Positions 42,851 to 50,857 of a stretch of DNA of 64,000 bases are shown here, in pieces. The DNA is from Myxococcota bacterium (GTDB lineage: Bacteria; Myxococcota_A; UBA9042; PHBI01; JAWLBL01). The stretch spans positions 203,818 to 267,817 of the forward strand of contig JAWLBL010000008.1 in the NCBI GenBank assembly GCA_041687695.1, written 5' to 3'. Each line of letters opens with the position of its first letter. Position 1 is the stretch's first letter. The position numbers and the translations under genes were made by a program. Under the pieces are notes generated by a model. That model was not told the origin of the DNA, did no database searches, and saw only the letters and a list, made by a program, of their open reading frames with translations.

Positions 42851-43930
42851 CGCCTCGGCGATCTTGCGGGCGACGAAGCCGGCCCCCAGCTCCTGGCGGG
42901 CGATGAGCAGGTTGTGGGCCTGGCACAGGACCCGGACGTTGTCGACGCTGTGCTCGCCGCCCCGGGCGAAGGCCTCGTCGTGGTGAAGCTGTAGCCGCCG
43001 CGTCTCCCTGCAACGTCCGCCCGGGCCCTCGAAGGTGCAGCGCAGGCCGTCCCGTTCGACCACGGCGCGCTTGACCTCGACCGGAATGGCGCGACTCCGG
43101 TCCGTCGGGGCCCCGGGTTGCTCGGCGGTCTCGGCCTCGGTCTCCGCAGGCGGCGCCGTCACCGGCGTCTTCTTCGCCCGCGGCTTCGCGCCCACCCCGA
43201 AGCGCTGCTTCTTCCTCGCCGCCAGCAAGCTGTCCAGGGCCATCTCCAACAGCGTCTCGTAGTCGCCCGAGGCGACCTGATGGCCGACCAGCGCCATGGC
43301 CTCCTCCAGCTTGGCCGCCACGCGCGCGCCGACGGTGACCTGGACCTTGAACCGCGCCTCCGACAGCGGTTCGACGACCCGTTTCGGCCTGGGCGCCTCG
43401 AGCTTCAGCCCGCCGCCCACAGGCTCCCCCGCCGGCCTCTCGCGCTCGGCCCGCTTGGGGGCGCCGGCGCTCCGCCCCGCCGGCGCCGGCAGCCGAACGA
43501 CCCGCGCCGGCACGTCCGGCCGCGGCGCCCACTTCGCCACCAGCTCGGCCAGCTCGCGCTTGCTCTTCCCGGCCGCCTCGGCCAGCCGCTCCCTCACGTT
43601 CCCTTCACCCAAGTGCGGCCCTATGACCCGCATACCGCTCAGGCTCAGTCGCCCGTCGGCCAGCATCCCCCCCATCTCGGGCCACCGCCGCACCCACTCG
43701 ACGGCCTTGACGTAGTTGTAGGCCTTGTCCTCCCCAAAGCCCCACCGCGTCCGGCACCAGTCGAACAGCGATGGGCTGCCGTCGCGCAGATGAAGCTCCC
43801 TGGCCTCGACCTCGGCCAGATGGACGACCAGGTTGGCCGTCGTCCGCCGCTCCAGATCAACCAGCTCGCCGACCCGCCCCAGCAGCCTCTCGTCGGACAG
43901 ATTCTCCAGCATCTTCAGTCCCTTGCTCAT
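42749..43930 (-). CDS. HNH endonuclease with a DUF222-like N-terminal region
   Basis: C-terminal SRAIP..VKRAVVERDG.RCTF..RC..LQLHH..GGEHSVDNVRVLCQAHN; N-terminal LVVHLAEVEARELHL..SLFDWC; GGGAGG RBS. Confidence 0.88.
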   Translation of the reverse strand: MSKGLKMLENLSDERLLGRVGELVDLERRTTANLVVHLAEVEARELHLRDGSPSLFDWCRTRWGFGEDKAYNYVKAVEWVRRWPEMGGMLADGRLSLSGMRVIGPHLGEGNVRERLAEAAGKSKRELAELVAKWAPRPDVPARVVRLPAPAGRSAGAPKRAERERPAGEPVGGGLKLEAPRPKRVVEPLSEARFKVQVTVGARVAAKLEEAMALVGHQVASGDYETLLEMALDSLLAARKKQRFGVGAKPRAKKTPVTAPPAETEAETAEQPGAPTDRSRAIPVEVKRAVVERDGLRCTFEGPGGRCRETRRLQLHHDEAFARGGEHSVDNVRVLCQAHNLLIARQELGAGFVARKIAEASSRDDGLPPRRHDLPPRHDDLPPRGGSQGTEAP

Positions 43931-43957
43931 CCCGCAGCCCTCCCATCGAGTGACGGC

Positions 43958-43966
43958 AGCATAGCA
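43958..43966 (-). promoter_or_regulatory. Possible extended -10 element (TGcTATGCT) for the HNH gene
   Basis: Minus strand reads TGTGCTATGCT about 28 nt upstream of the ATG at 43930. Confidence 0.4.
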
Positions 43967-44185
43967 CAGGGGGGTCGGCCCCCTCGGAACACCCCCTGGA
44001 CGGCCGTTCAGGCCTTCCAGACGACTCGCGACGACCCAGGACCCTGATCAGGGCGCTGTAGAGCCTGCCAGGGGCCCTCCTGACCTTCCCCGATGTCGAC
44101 CCCGGATCGGCCGATCTCGGGCCACGAAAACCTGTCAACAACTATTTCGCCCCTCGCCCCCTCCCGATGTCGTTTTCTTGTCCGG

Positions 44186-44493
44186 CTTCCGCCCCGGGGC
44201 GGGTCACCGACTTCCGCCCCGGGGCGGGTCACCGACGTCCGCTTCGGCGCGACGGCCTTCCGCACCGGGCCAAGCAACTGGCTTCCGCCCCGGGGCGGGC
44301 CACCGACTTCCGCCCCGGCGCGACGACCTTCCGCACCGGGCCAAGCAACTGGCTTCCGCCCCGGGGCGGGCCACCGACTTCCGCCCCGGGACGGGCGACT
44401 GGCTTCCGTCCGGGACGGGCGACCGACCTCCGCACCGGGCCAAGCAACTGGCTTCCGCCCCGGGGCGGGTCACCGACTTCCGCCCCGGGCGGG
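44186..44493 (+). repeat. Tandem array of 13 units (21-25 bp, last one partial) starting CTTCCGC(C/A)CCGG
   Basis: Unit types cttccgccccggggcgggYcaccga (5x), cYtccgcaccgggccaagcaactgg (3x), 21-bp ...cggcgcgacg type (2x), plus variants. Confidence 0.92.
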
Positions 44494-44521
44494 CTCCGCC
44501 CAAGTCGATGATAATGTCAGA

Positions 44522-44610
44522 CTATCACCACCCCGGGTCCAGCGTCCCCACCATCCCAGCCCCAGGCGCCAGTGCCCGAGCGGCGGGACGCGCAGCGGCC
44601 CGGACGCCCC
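44522..44610 (+). repeat. Right copy of an ~89-bp inverted repeat
   Basis: accatcccagccccaggcgcc..ccgagcggcgggacgcg.agcggcccggacgcccc matches the reverse complement of 42465-42553. Confidence 0.9.
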
Positions 44611-44772
44611 CACGGGGGCTGCGCCCCCGCGCCCCGCTTTGAGAGCCCCCCAGCCGCAGCGTAGGCCGGGGTCAAGGGCTTTCTCGTCCGCGAGGAATTG
44701 GCCCGCCCGTCAGGGCGGGCCAGGGGGAGAAAGCCCTTGAGGCCGGCCGAAGCGGAGGCTACCAGCGTCGGG

Positions 44773-44917
44773 CCCCCCTTGCCCCCCACCCCCCCTTGCC
44801 CCCCACCTCCCCTTGCCCCCCACCCCCCTTCACCCCCACCCCTTGACTCCCCCCACCTCCCCTTGACTCCCCACCCCCCTTGTCCCCCACCCCTTGACGC
44901 CCCCACCACCCCCAGCC
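44773..44917. repeat. C-rich degenerate repeat (CCCCTTG..CCCCCA)n, G-quadruplex-prone on the minus strand
   Basis: Many runs of 4-7 C separated by ttg, a or t. Confidence 0.75.
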
Positions 44918-44930
44918 TAAGCCCCTCCAC

Positions 44931-46211
44931 ATGCACCCCGACCGCGTCTCCACCGTCCTCGCCGCCGCGCTGCACCAGGACCTCCTCACCGACACCCAGC
45001 CGCTCGCGCTCTTCTTCGACCTGGACGCCTACCGCGAGCGCTTGAAGTCGCTCACCGCCGCCTTCCCGGCCGGCACGCTGCACGCGGTCGCGGTCAAGGC
45101 CAACCCGCTCGCCGCCACGCTGCGCGAGGCCAACGCGCGGGGACTGGGCGCCGAGGTCGCGTCGCTGGCCGAGCTGGAGCACGCGATCCGCCTGGGCTTC
45201 CCACCCCACCGGGTCGTCTTCGACTCGCCCGCCAAGACGGCGCCCGAGATCGCCCGCGCGCTGCAGCTCGGCGTCCACCTCAACGCCGACAACCTGCACG
45301 AGCTGGCCCGCATCGCCGCCCTGGTCGAGACCGGCCGCTTCCCCGCGCCCTCGGTCGGCGTCCGGGTGAACCCGCAGGTCGGCGCCGGGGCCATCGAGGC
45401 GACCAGCACCGCCACCGCCACCAGCAAGTTCGGCGTCGCGCTGGCCGACGAGGGCGACGCGCTGCTCGAGGCGCTGCGCCGCTGGCCCTGGGTGCGCGGC
45501 CTGCACGTCCACACTGGCTCGCAGGGCGGCTCGCTCGACCTGATGGTCCGCGGCGTGCAGGCCGCCGTCGCCTTCGCCGACGCCGTGGACGCGCTGCCGG
45601 GCCGCCCGCCGCTGGCGGTCCTCGACGTCGGCGGCGGCGTCTCGGTCGACTACGCCGCCGACGCCCCCGACGACGCCTTCGCCACCTGGGCCGCCGCCCT
45701 CCAGGCCGCGGTCCCCGGCCTGGGCCGCTTCCAGCTGGTCACCGAGGTCGGCCGCGCCCTGTCCGCCAAGGCCGGCTGGGTCGCCAGCCGCGTCGAGGCC
45801 ACCAAGCGCGCCGGCGGCCGCCCCATCGCGGTCATCCACGCGGGCGCCGACCTCTTCGTCCGCACCGCCTACCAGCCCGACCGCTGGCCCCACCGCGTCA
45901 CCGTCCACCACCCCGACGGGCGCCCCAAGGACTTGCCCAAATCGCTCGAACCCTGGGACGTCGCCGGCCCGCTGTGCTTCTCCGGCGACCTCGTCGCCCG
46001 CGCCCGCCCGCTGCCGCCCATCGCGCCGGGCGACCTGCTCGTCGTCCACGACGCCGGCGCCTACACCCTGGCCATGTGGTCGCGCTACAACAGCCGCCAG
46101 GCCCCGGCCGTCTGGGGCCACGAGGACGTCGCGCCCGACGCGCCCCCCCGGCTGACCCTGCTCAAGCCCGCCGAGACCGTCGAGGACGTCCTGCGATTCT
46201 GGGGATCCTGA
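44931..46211 (+). CDS. PLP-dependent Orn/DAP/Arg decarboxylase family protein (LysA-like)
   Basis: AVKANP, EVAS..E, SKFGV, HVHTGSQ, DVGGG, EVGR, AGPLCFSGD, DAGAY. Confidence 0.9.
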   Translation: MHPDRVSTVLAAALHQDLLTDTQPLALFFDLDAYRERLKSLTAAFPAGTLHAVAVKANPLAATLREANARGLGAEVASLAELEHAIRLGFPPHRVVFDSPAKTAPEIARALQLGVHLNADNLHELARIAALVETGRFPAPSVGVRVNPQVGAGAIEATSTATATSKFGVALADEGDALLEALRRWPWVRGLHVHTGSQGGSLDLMVRGVQAAVAFADAVDALPGRPPLAVLDVGGGVSVDYAADAPDDAFATWAAALQAAVPGLGRFQLVTEVGRALSAKAGWVASRVEATKRAGGRPIAVIHAGADLFVRTAYQPDRWPHRVTVHHPDGRPKDLPKSLEPWDVAGPLCFSGDLVARARPLPPIAPGDLLVVHDAGAYTLAMWSRYNSRQAPAVWGHEDVAPDAPPRLTLLKPAETVEDVLRFWGS

Positions 46212-46250
46212 GCCGCCGCCCAGGACCCCCGTCCGCCCGACTCACCGCCC

Positions 46251-46946
46251 TCACCGCCACGTCCGCTCCGACAGCTCGCGCACGGCCGCGCTCGCGGCCT
46301 CCTCGGCCACCGTCAGCAGCGCGTCCCGCAGGACCGCCGGCGGCATGTCGCTCAGCACCATCAGGTTGTAGGCGCGCTCGGCCGCCTGGCCCTCGGGCGT
46401 GTTCGGGTAGACCGGCCCGCCCCAGCTCGCGAACAGCGGCTCGCCGTGCCAGGTCCACTGCTCGTAGATCTTGCGGCCCTCGGGGACGAACCAGCCGTGC
46501 AGGCTCATCTGCACCGTGACGTCGGCCTGCCCGCGCGCGTCGACCGAGACCTGCATCGAATCGACCACCACCTCGAAGCGCGCGTCGTGCGGCTGCCCCG
46601 CCGGCGCGACGCGCCAGTCCAGGCCCAGCGCCATGTCCTCGGCGGCCACCGCACCCACCGCCGCCCGCAGCGAGCCCTCGCGCGAGAAGTCGGCCAGGCG
46701 CACGGCGAAGCGATCGACGATGAAGCGCTCGGTCACGTCCAGCGCCACGTCGCTGGCGTCCCACTCGGTCTCCGGGCCCAGGGCGGTCGCCGGCGGCGCC
46801 ACCTCGAGGTCCACCGGCGCGTCGACCCGCGCCTCGACCCGCACCTGCTCGATGTTGTCCCGGTACTGGTGCATCTCGTCGATGCCGCAAGCCCCGGCGA
46901 GCCATCCCATCGCGACCATCAACAACGACTTCGTCATGCGCTTCAT
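46251..46946 (-). CDS. Hypothetical lipoprotein
   Basis: Signal peptide with lipobox AGAC. Confidence 0.7.
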   Translation of the reverse strand: MKRMTKSLLMVAMGWLAGACGIDEMHQYRDNIEQVRVEARVDAPVDLEVAPPATALGPETEWDASDVALDVTERFIVDRFAVRLADFSREGSLRAAVGAVAAEDMALGLDWRVAPAGQPHDARFEVVVDSMQVSVDARGQADVTVQMSLHGWFVPEGRKIYEQWTWHGEPLFASWGGPVYPNTPEGQAAERAYNLMVLSDMPPAVLRDALLTVAEEAASAAVRELSERTWR

Positions 46947-47112
46947 GTTGGCATCCCCAATCGTTCCGGCCCTGTCGCCGTGGCCCTGTGACCGAGGCCG
47001 CGCGCCACAAATTCACAGGCGCTGCCGTCGGCCGCGATGAAGGCCGCCGTCGCGCCCGACGGCCGACCGCGCCGGCATTCCCTCGCCCCCGGGTCTGGAC
47101 TACCCTTGCCCC

Positions 47113-47694
47113 ATGACCTCGCCCAGCCACCCCGATCCCGTGCCCCGGCGGCGCCTCAAGCGCACCGAGTACGACCGCCTGGCCGAGCTCGGCGCCTTCG
47201 AGGACGAGCGCGTCGAGCTGATCCACGGAGAGCTCCTCACCATGAGCCCCATCGGCGGCCGCCACGTCTGGACCGTGCGCAAGCTCACCACGCTGCTCGG
47301 CGCCGCCATGCTGGGCCGCGCGGACCTCGTCCCGCAGTGCTCCTTTGCCGCCTCCGACGACTCCGAACCCCAGCCGGATCTCGCGCTCGTGGCCCCCGAC
47401 GAGGGCGGGTTCGGCGAGCTGGCCGCCTCGGCCCTCCTCCTCATCGAGGTCGCCGAGACCTCGCTCGCCTACGACCTCGGCCTCAAGGCGGCCCTGTACG
47501 CGGCCTCCGACGTCCGCGAGTACTGGGTGGTCGATCTGGCGACCCGGAGCGTCATCGTCCACCGCGACTCCGACGGCACCCGCTGGGAGCAGATCACCAC
47601 CGTCCGCCCCGGCGGCACCGTCTCCCCCGTCGCCTTCCCCGACCTCGCGCTGCCGCTCGAGGCGTTCGTCCCGGCCGCCAGTGACGCACCCTGA
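47113..47694 (+). CDS. Uma2/DUF820 family endonuclease-fold protein
   Basis: ERVELIHGELLTMSPIG..H, SEPQPDLAL, LLIEVAETSL.YD..K..LYA..EYWVVDL. Confidence 0.92.
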   Translation: MTSPSHPDPVPRRRLKRTEYDRLAELGAFEDERVELIHGELLTMSPIGGRHVWTVRKLTTLLGAAMLGRADLVPQCSFAASDDSEPQPDLALVAPDEGGFGELAASALLLIEVAETSLAYDLGLKAALYAASDVREYWVVDLATRSVIVHRDSDGTRWEQITTVRPGGTVSPVAFPDLALPLEAFVPAASDAP

Positions 47695-48298
47695 CCTCGA
47701 CGCCCCGCCGCCGCCCGCCGTCGTCGTGCGCGAGATGCGCGCCGAAGACGCCGACGAAGTCGCCGCCCTGGCCGACGTCGTGGTCGGCCCTGGTTACTAC
47801 CCGACCCCGACCGTGCTCGAGTACCTGGGCCGCTCGACCCGGGGCGAGACCGTCTGCGCCCACGTCGCGCGCGTGGTGACCGACCGGGGCGAGGGCGCGC
47901 TGGTGGGCTTCCGCTTCGCCCTGCCGCCCGGCGCCTGGTCGTCCGGCCGCGGCCGAGGCCTGACGCCCGCCCGCTGGCCCGCCCCGCTCGACCGCTGCGG
48001 CTACTTCCAGTCGAGCTACGTCGCCTTCGATCACATGGGGCAGGGCCTCGGCCGCCGCATGGCCCAGCGGGCGCTCACCGCGCTGCGGAGCCTCGGGGCC
48101 GAGGCGGTCGTCACCCACTCGTGGAAGGAGTCGCCGCACGGCTCGTCCTTCCGCTACCTGTCGCGGCTGGGGTTCCGGCCGGTCGCCGAGCACGCCGACT
48201 ACTGGGCCGAGGTCGACTACGTGTGCTGGCTGGACGGGCAGCCTTGCCGCTGCACGGCCATCGAGATGGTGTTGGATCTGACCGACGAGGGCGCATGA
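47681..48298 (+). CDS. GNAT family N-acetyltransferase
   Basis: VREMRAED, V..DHMGQGLGRRM acetyl-CoA motif, RLGF. Confidence 0.8.
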   Translation: MTHPDLDAPPPPAVVVREMRAEDADEVAALADVVVGPGYYPTPTVLEYLGRSTRGETVCAHVARVVTDRGEGALVGFRFALPPGAWSSGRGRGLTPARWPAPLDRCGYFQSSYVAFDHMGQGLGRRMAQRALTALRSLGAEAVVTHSWKESPHGSSFRYLSRLGFRPVAEHADYWAEVDYVCWLDGQPCRCTAIEMVLDLTDEGA

Positions 48299-49464
48299 GC
48301 GTCGCCTACTGGCAGGACCGTTCGGGGCAGGCGGGCGAGGTCGAGGTCGACGTGCTGGTCGTCGGCGCGGGGATCACCGGCTGCTCCATCGCCTATTGGC
48401 TGCGCGGGCAGGGGCTGCGCGTGGCCATCGTGGACCGGGGGGACGTGTGCGCCGGCGCCAGCGGCCGCAACGCCGGCTTCGTCACCTGCGGCTCGGTCGA
48501 GCACTTCACGCGGCAGGTCGCCCGGCACGGCCGCGCGCTGGCCCGCGAGCTGTGGCGCCACTCGCAGGACAACCTGGCGCTCATCCGGTCCGAGGTGGTC
48601 GAGCGCGGCCACGCCTGCCACTTCGTCCAGCGCGGCACCTACTCGCTGGCCGGCTCGGACCACGAGCTGGACGAGCTGCGCCGCTCGGCGGCCCTCATGG
48701 CCGAGGAGGGCATCCCGGTCGAGGTGGTCGACCCCGCGCACATCGCCACCCACCTGAACGCCCGCGGCTTCGCCGGCGGCGTCCTGTACCTCGAGGACGG
48801 CGAGGTGCACCCGGTCGCCCTGGTCCGCGCCATCCTGTCGATGGCCGACGCGGCCCTGTACCCGCACCACGAGGTCTTCGCCCTGGAGGTGCGCGCCGAC
48901 GACGAGGTCCTGGTCCGCACCCAGCAGCGCACCTTCCGCGCGGGCAGCGTCGTCCTGGCCACCAACGGCTACTCGCACCTCATCGACCGCTGGTTCGCCG
49001 ACAAGATCTACCCCACCCGCGGCCAGATCCTGGTCACCGAGCCCGTCCCGCCGCTGCTCGCCGCCCCCTGCTACGCCAACTTCGTCCTCGACTACTTCCG
49101 GCAGCTCCCCGACGGCCGCGTCCTCATCGGCGGCTTCCGCCAGCTCGAGAAGGAGCGCGAGGTCGGCACGGCCGACGAGCCCAACGAGCGCATCCACGCC
49201 GCCCTCGAGGCCTTCCTCGAGCGCCACTTCGCCCCCCTGGTCGGCAAGCGCGTCGACTACCGCTGGGCCGGCATCATGGGGTTCTCCGCCGACGGCCTGC
49301 CCCTCATCGGCGCGCTGCCCGGCCGGCCCAACGTCTACTTCTGCGGCGGCTTCACCGGCCACGGCATCGGCCTCGCCTTCAAGGCCGCCCAGCTGACCGC
49401 CCGCCTGATGCTGCACGGCGAGTCGCCCGGCCCCTACGGCGCCCGCCGCTTCGTCGCCGGCTGA
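48295..49464 (+). CDS. FAD-dependent oxidoreductase (DAO/PuuB-like)
   Basis: VVGAGITG, GASGRNAG, VLATNGY, YRWAG, GFTGHG; ATGA overlap with the GNAT gene. Confidence 0.92.
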   Translation: MSVAYWQDRSGQAGEVEVDVLVVGAGITGCSIAYWLRGQGLRVAIVDRGDVCAGASGRNAGFVTCGSVEHFTRQVARHGRALARELWRHSQDNLALIRSEVVERGHACHFVQRGTYSLAGSDHELDELRRSAALMAEEGIPVEVVDPAHIATHLNARGFAGGVLYLEDGEVHPVALVRAILSMADAALYPHHEVFALEVRADDEVLVRTQQRTFRAGSVVLATNGYSHLIDRWFADKIYPTRGQILVTEPVPPLLAAPCYANFVLDYFRQLPDGRVLIGGFRQLEKEREVGTADEPNERIHAALEAFLERHFAPLVGKRVDYRWAGIMGFSADGLPLIGALPGRPNVYFCGGFTGHGIGLAFKAAQLTARLMLHGESPGPYGARRFVAG

Positions 49465-49477
49465 CCCGGCCCCCGCG

Positions 49478-50719
49478 CTACTTGCTCAGCAGCGGCTCGA
49501 GGTGGGTCATCAGATCGCCATGGCCCGAGTTGGTGCTCCACAGGTAGCGCATGTCGACGCCGCGCAGCAGGGCCTCCCAGGGCAGCCCGATGGTCCCGCC
49601 CTGCGCGCCCTGTGCATATGGGTCGATCTTCGCGAAGGTCTCTTGCCAGCCGCCGGTCAGCTCGCCGTGGTCGATCCACACGATGGCCGGGTCGACCCCG
49701 TGGGCGTCGGCGTAGGCCTTGCAGTACTGCTGCGTCGGCTTGGCGCCGGCCTGATCCTCGCCCAGCACGATCATCACCTCGAGCCCGTGGGCCTTGTGGC
49801 CCTCGTAGTAGGCGCCGATCTGCGGGACCTTCTCGCTGCACACCTGGCACCAGCCCGCCACCGCCGCGATCCACACGGCCTGCTTGCTGCCGCACAGCGC
49901 GTGCAGGCTGCGCGTGTCGCCCAGGCAGTTGGTCAGCGTGAAGTCGCCGATGCGGTCGCCCACCCGGTCCCCGTCGCCGGCGGGCTCGCACGCGTCGGTC
50001 AGGACCTGCTCATCGGCGGTCAGCTCGAAGGCCAACTCGGGCACGCACCAGCTGTCGCCGCCCGCCAGCGGCACCGACGCGAAGGTCTTGGGGTCGATGT
50101 AGACCTCGCGCAGCCGGGCGCCCTCGACGCGCCCCTTCAGCGCCTGCCCGTCGCCGCCCCCCGCGGCGGGCAGGGCGTCGATGTGGACCGTGCCGGCGTC
50201 GGCCAGGAAGGTGCGCGCGCAGCCCAGCGGGCTACAGCCCTTGTAGGCCAGCAGGCACAGGCCGCAGTCGGCGTAGTTGCTGCCCGTCAGATCGTAGGCG
50301 CCGGGGCCGGTCGGCCCGTCGTGGCCGTCGCCCAGCAAGGCCTCGAGGACCAGCCGGTCCTTCGAGGGCAGCGCCTGGGCCTCGTAGCGCAGCACGGGCG
50401 AGACCGCGCCGCTCTTCAGGGTGGCGGTGCCGCTGGCCGCCGCGAAGCCGGTGAAGTCGCACGAGGCGGCCGCCTCGCAGGCGCCGGCCACACACACGGC
50501 GCCGCCCTCGCAGCTGCCGCAGGGGTTGCCGCAGGGGTCGGTGCCGCAGACCGCCGCGCCGCAGGTGCACCCGTCGGCGCCCTGGCCCTCGTCGTGGGCG
50601 GCGGTGTCGGGCGCGCCTGCTCCGCCCCCCGAGGCCCCGCCGCAGCCGGTAGCCCCGGCCAGGCTCAGCGCCACGAGTGAAGCGAGGGCGAGGACGACGG
50701 CGAGCGGGTGCGAGCGCAT
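49478..50719 (-). CDS. Cys-rich lipoprotein with a C-terminal redoxin/thioredoxin-like domain
   Basis: Lipobox ATGC; CG.D.CG..CG.C module; VGDRIGDFTL..AGWCQVC. Confidence 0.75.
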   Translation of the reverse strand: MRSHPLAVVLALASLVALSLAGATGCGGASGGGAGAPDTAAHDEGQGADGCTCGAAVCGTDPCGNPCGSCEGGAVCVAGACEAAASCDFTGFAAASGTATLKSGAVSPVLRYEAQALPSKDRLVLEALLGDGHDGPTGPGAYDLTGSNYADCGLCLLAYKGCSPLGCARTFLADAGTVHIDALPAAGGGDGQALKGRVEGARLREVYIDPKTFASVPLAGGDSWCVPELAFELTADEQVLTDACEPAGDGDRVGDRIGDFTLTNCLGDTRSLHALCGSKQAVWIAAVAGWCQVCSEKVPQIGAYYEGHKAHGLEVMIVLGEDQAGAKPTQQYCKAYADAHGVDPAIVWIDHGELTGGWQETFAKIDPYAQGAQGGTIGLPWEALLRGVDMRYLWSTNSGHGDLMTHLEPLLSK

Positions 50720-50857
50720 GGGACGTCTCCTGGGCGGGCGGGCGAGCATAGGCCGTGCCCCCGGCCGGCTCAAGTCGACGCCCGGCGCCTTTACAGCGGT
50801 CACCCCTGGGGGCATCCATGGCTTGGGCCCGCTCCTCGCCCCACCCCCGGAGGTCCC

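Noticed and set aside
42749..43930. IscB/Cas9/TnpB-type RNA-guided nuclease
   Set aside because: No PLMP or RuvC motifs seen; only a C-terminal HNH with a DUF222-like N-terminus.
44186..44493. CRISPR array
   Set aside because: Units are only 21-25 bp in total, the variable parts recur instead of being unique spacers, and no cas gene is in the window.
47113..48298. Uma2-GNAT toxin-antitoxin pair
   Set aside because: No RHH/HTH antitoxin; the GNAT is coupled to a metabolic FAD oxidoreductase, and Uma2 genes are common orphans.
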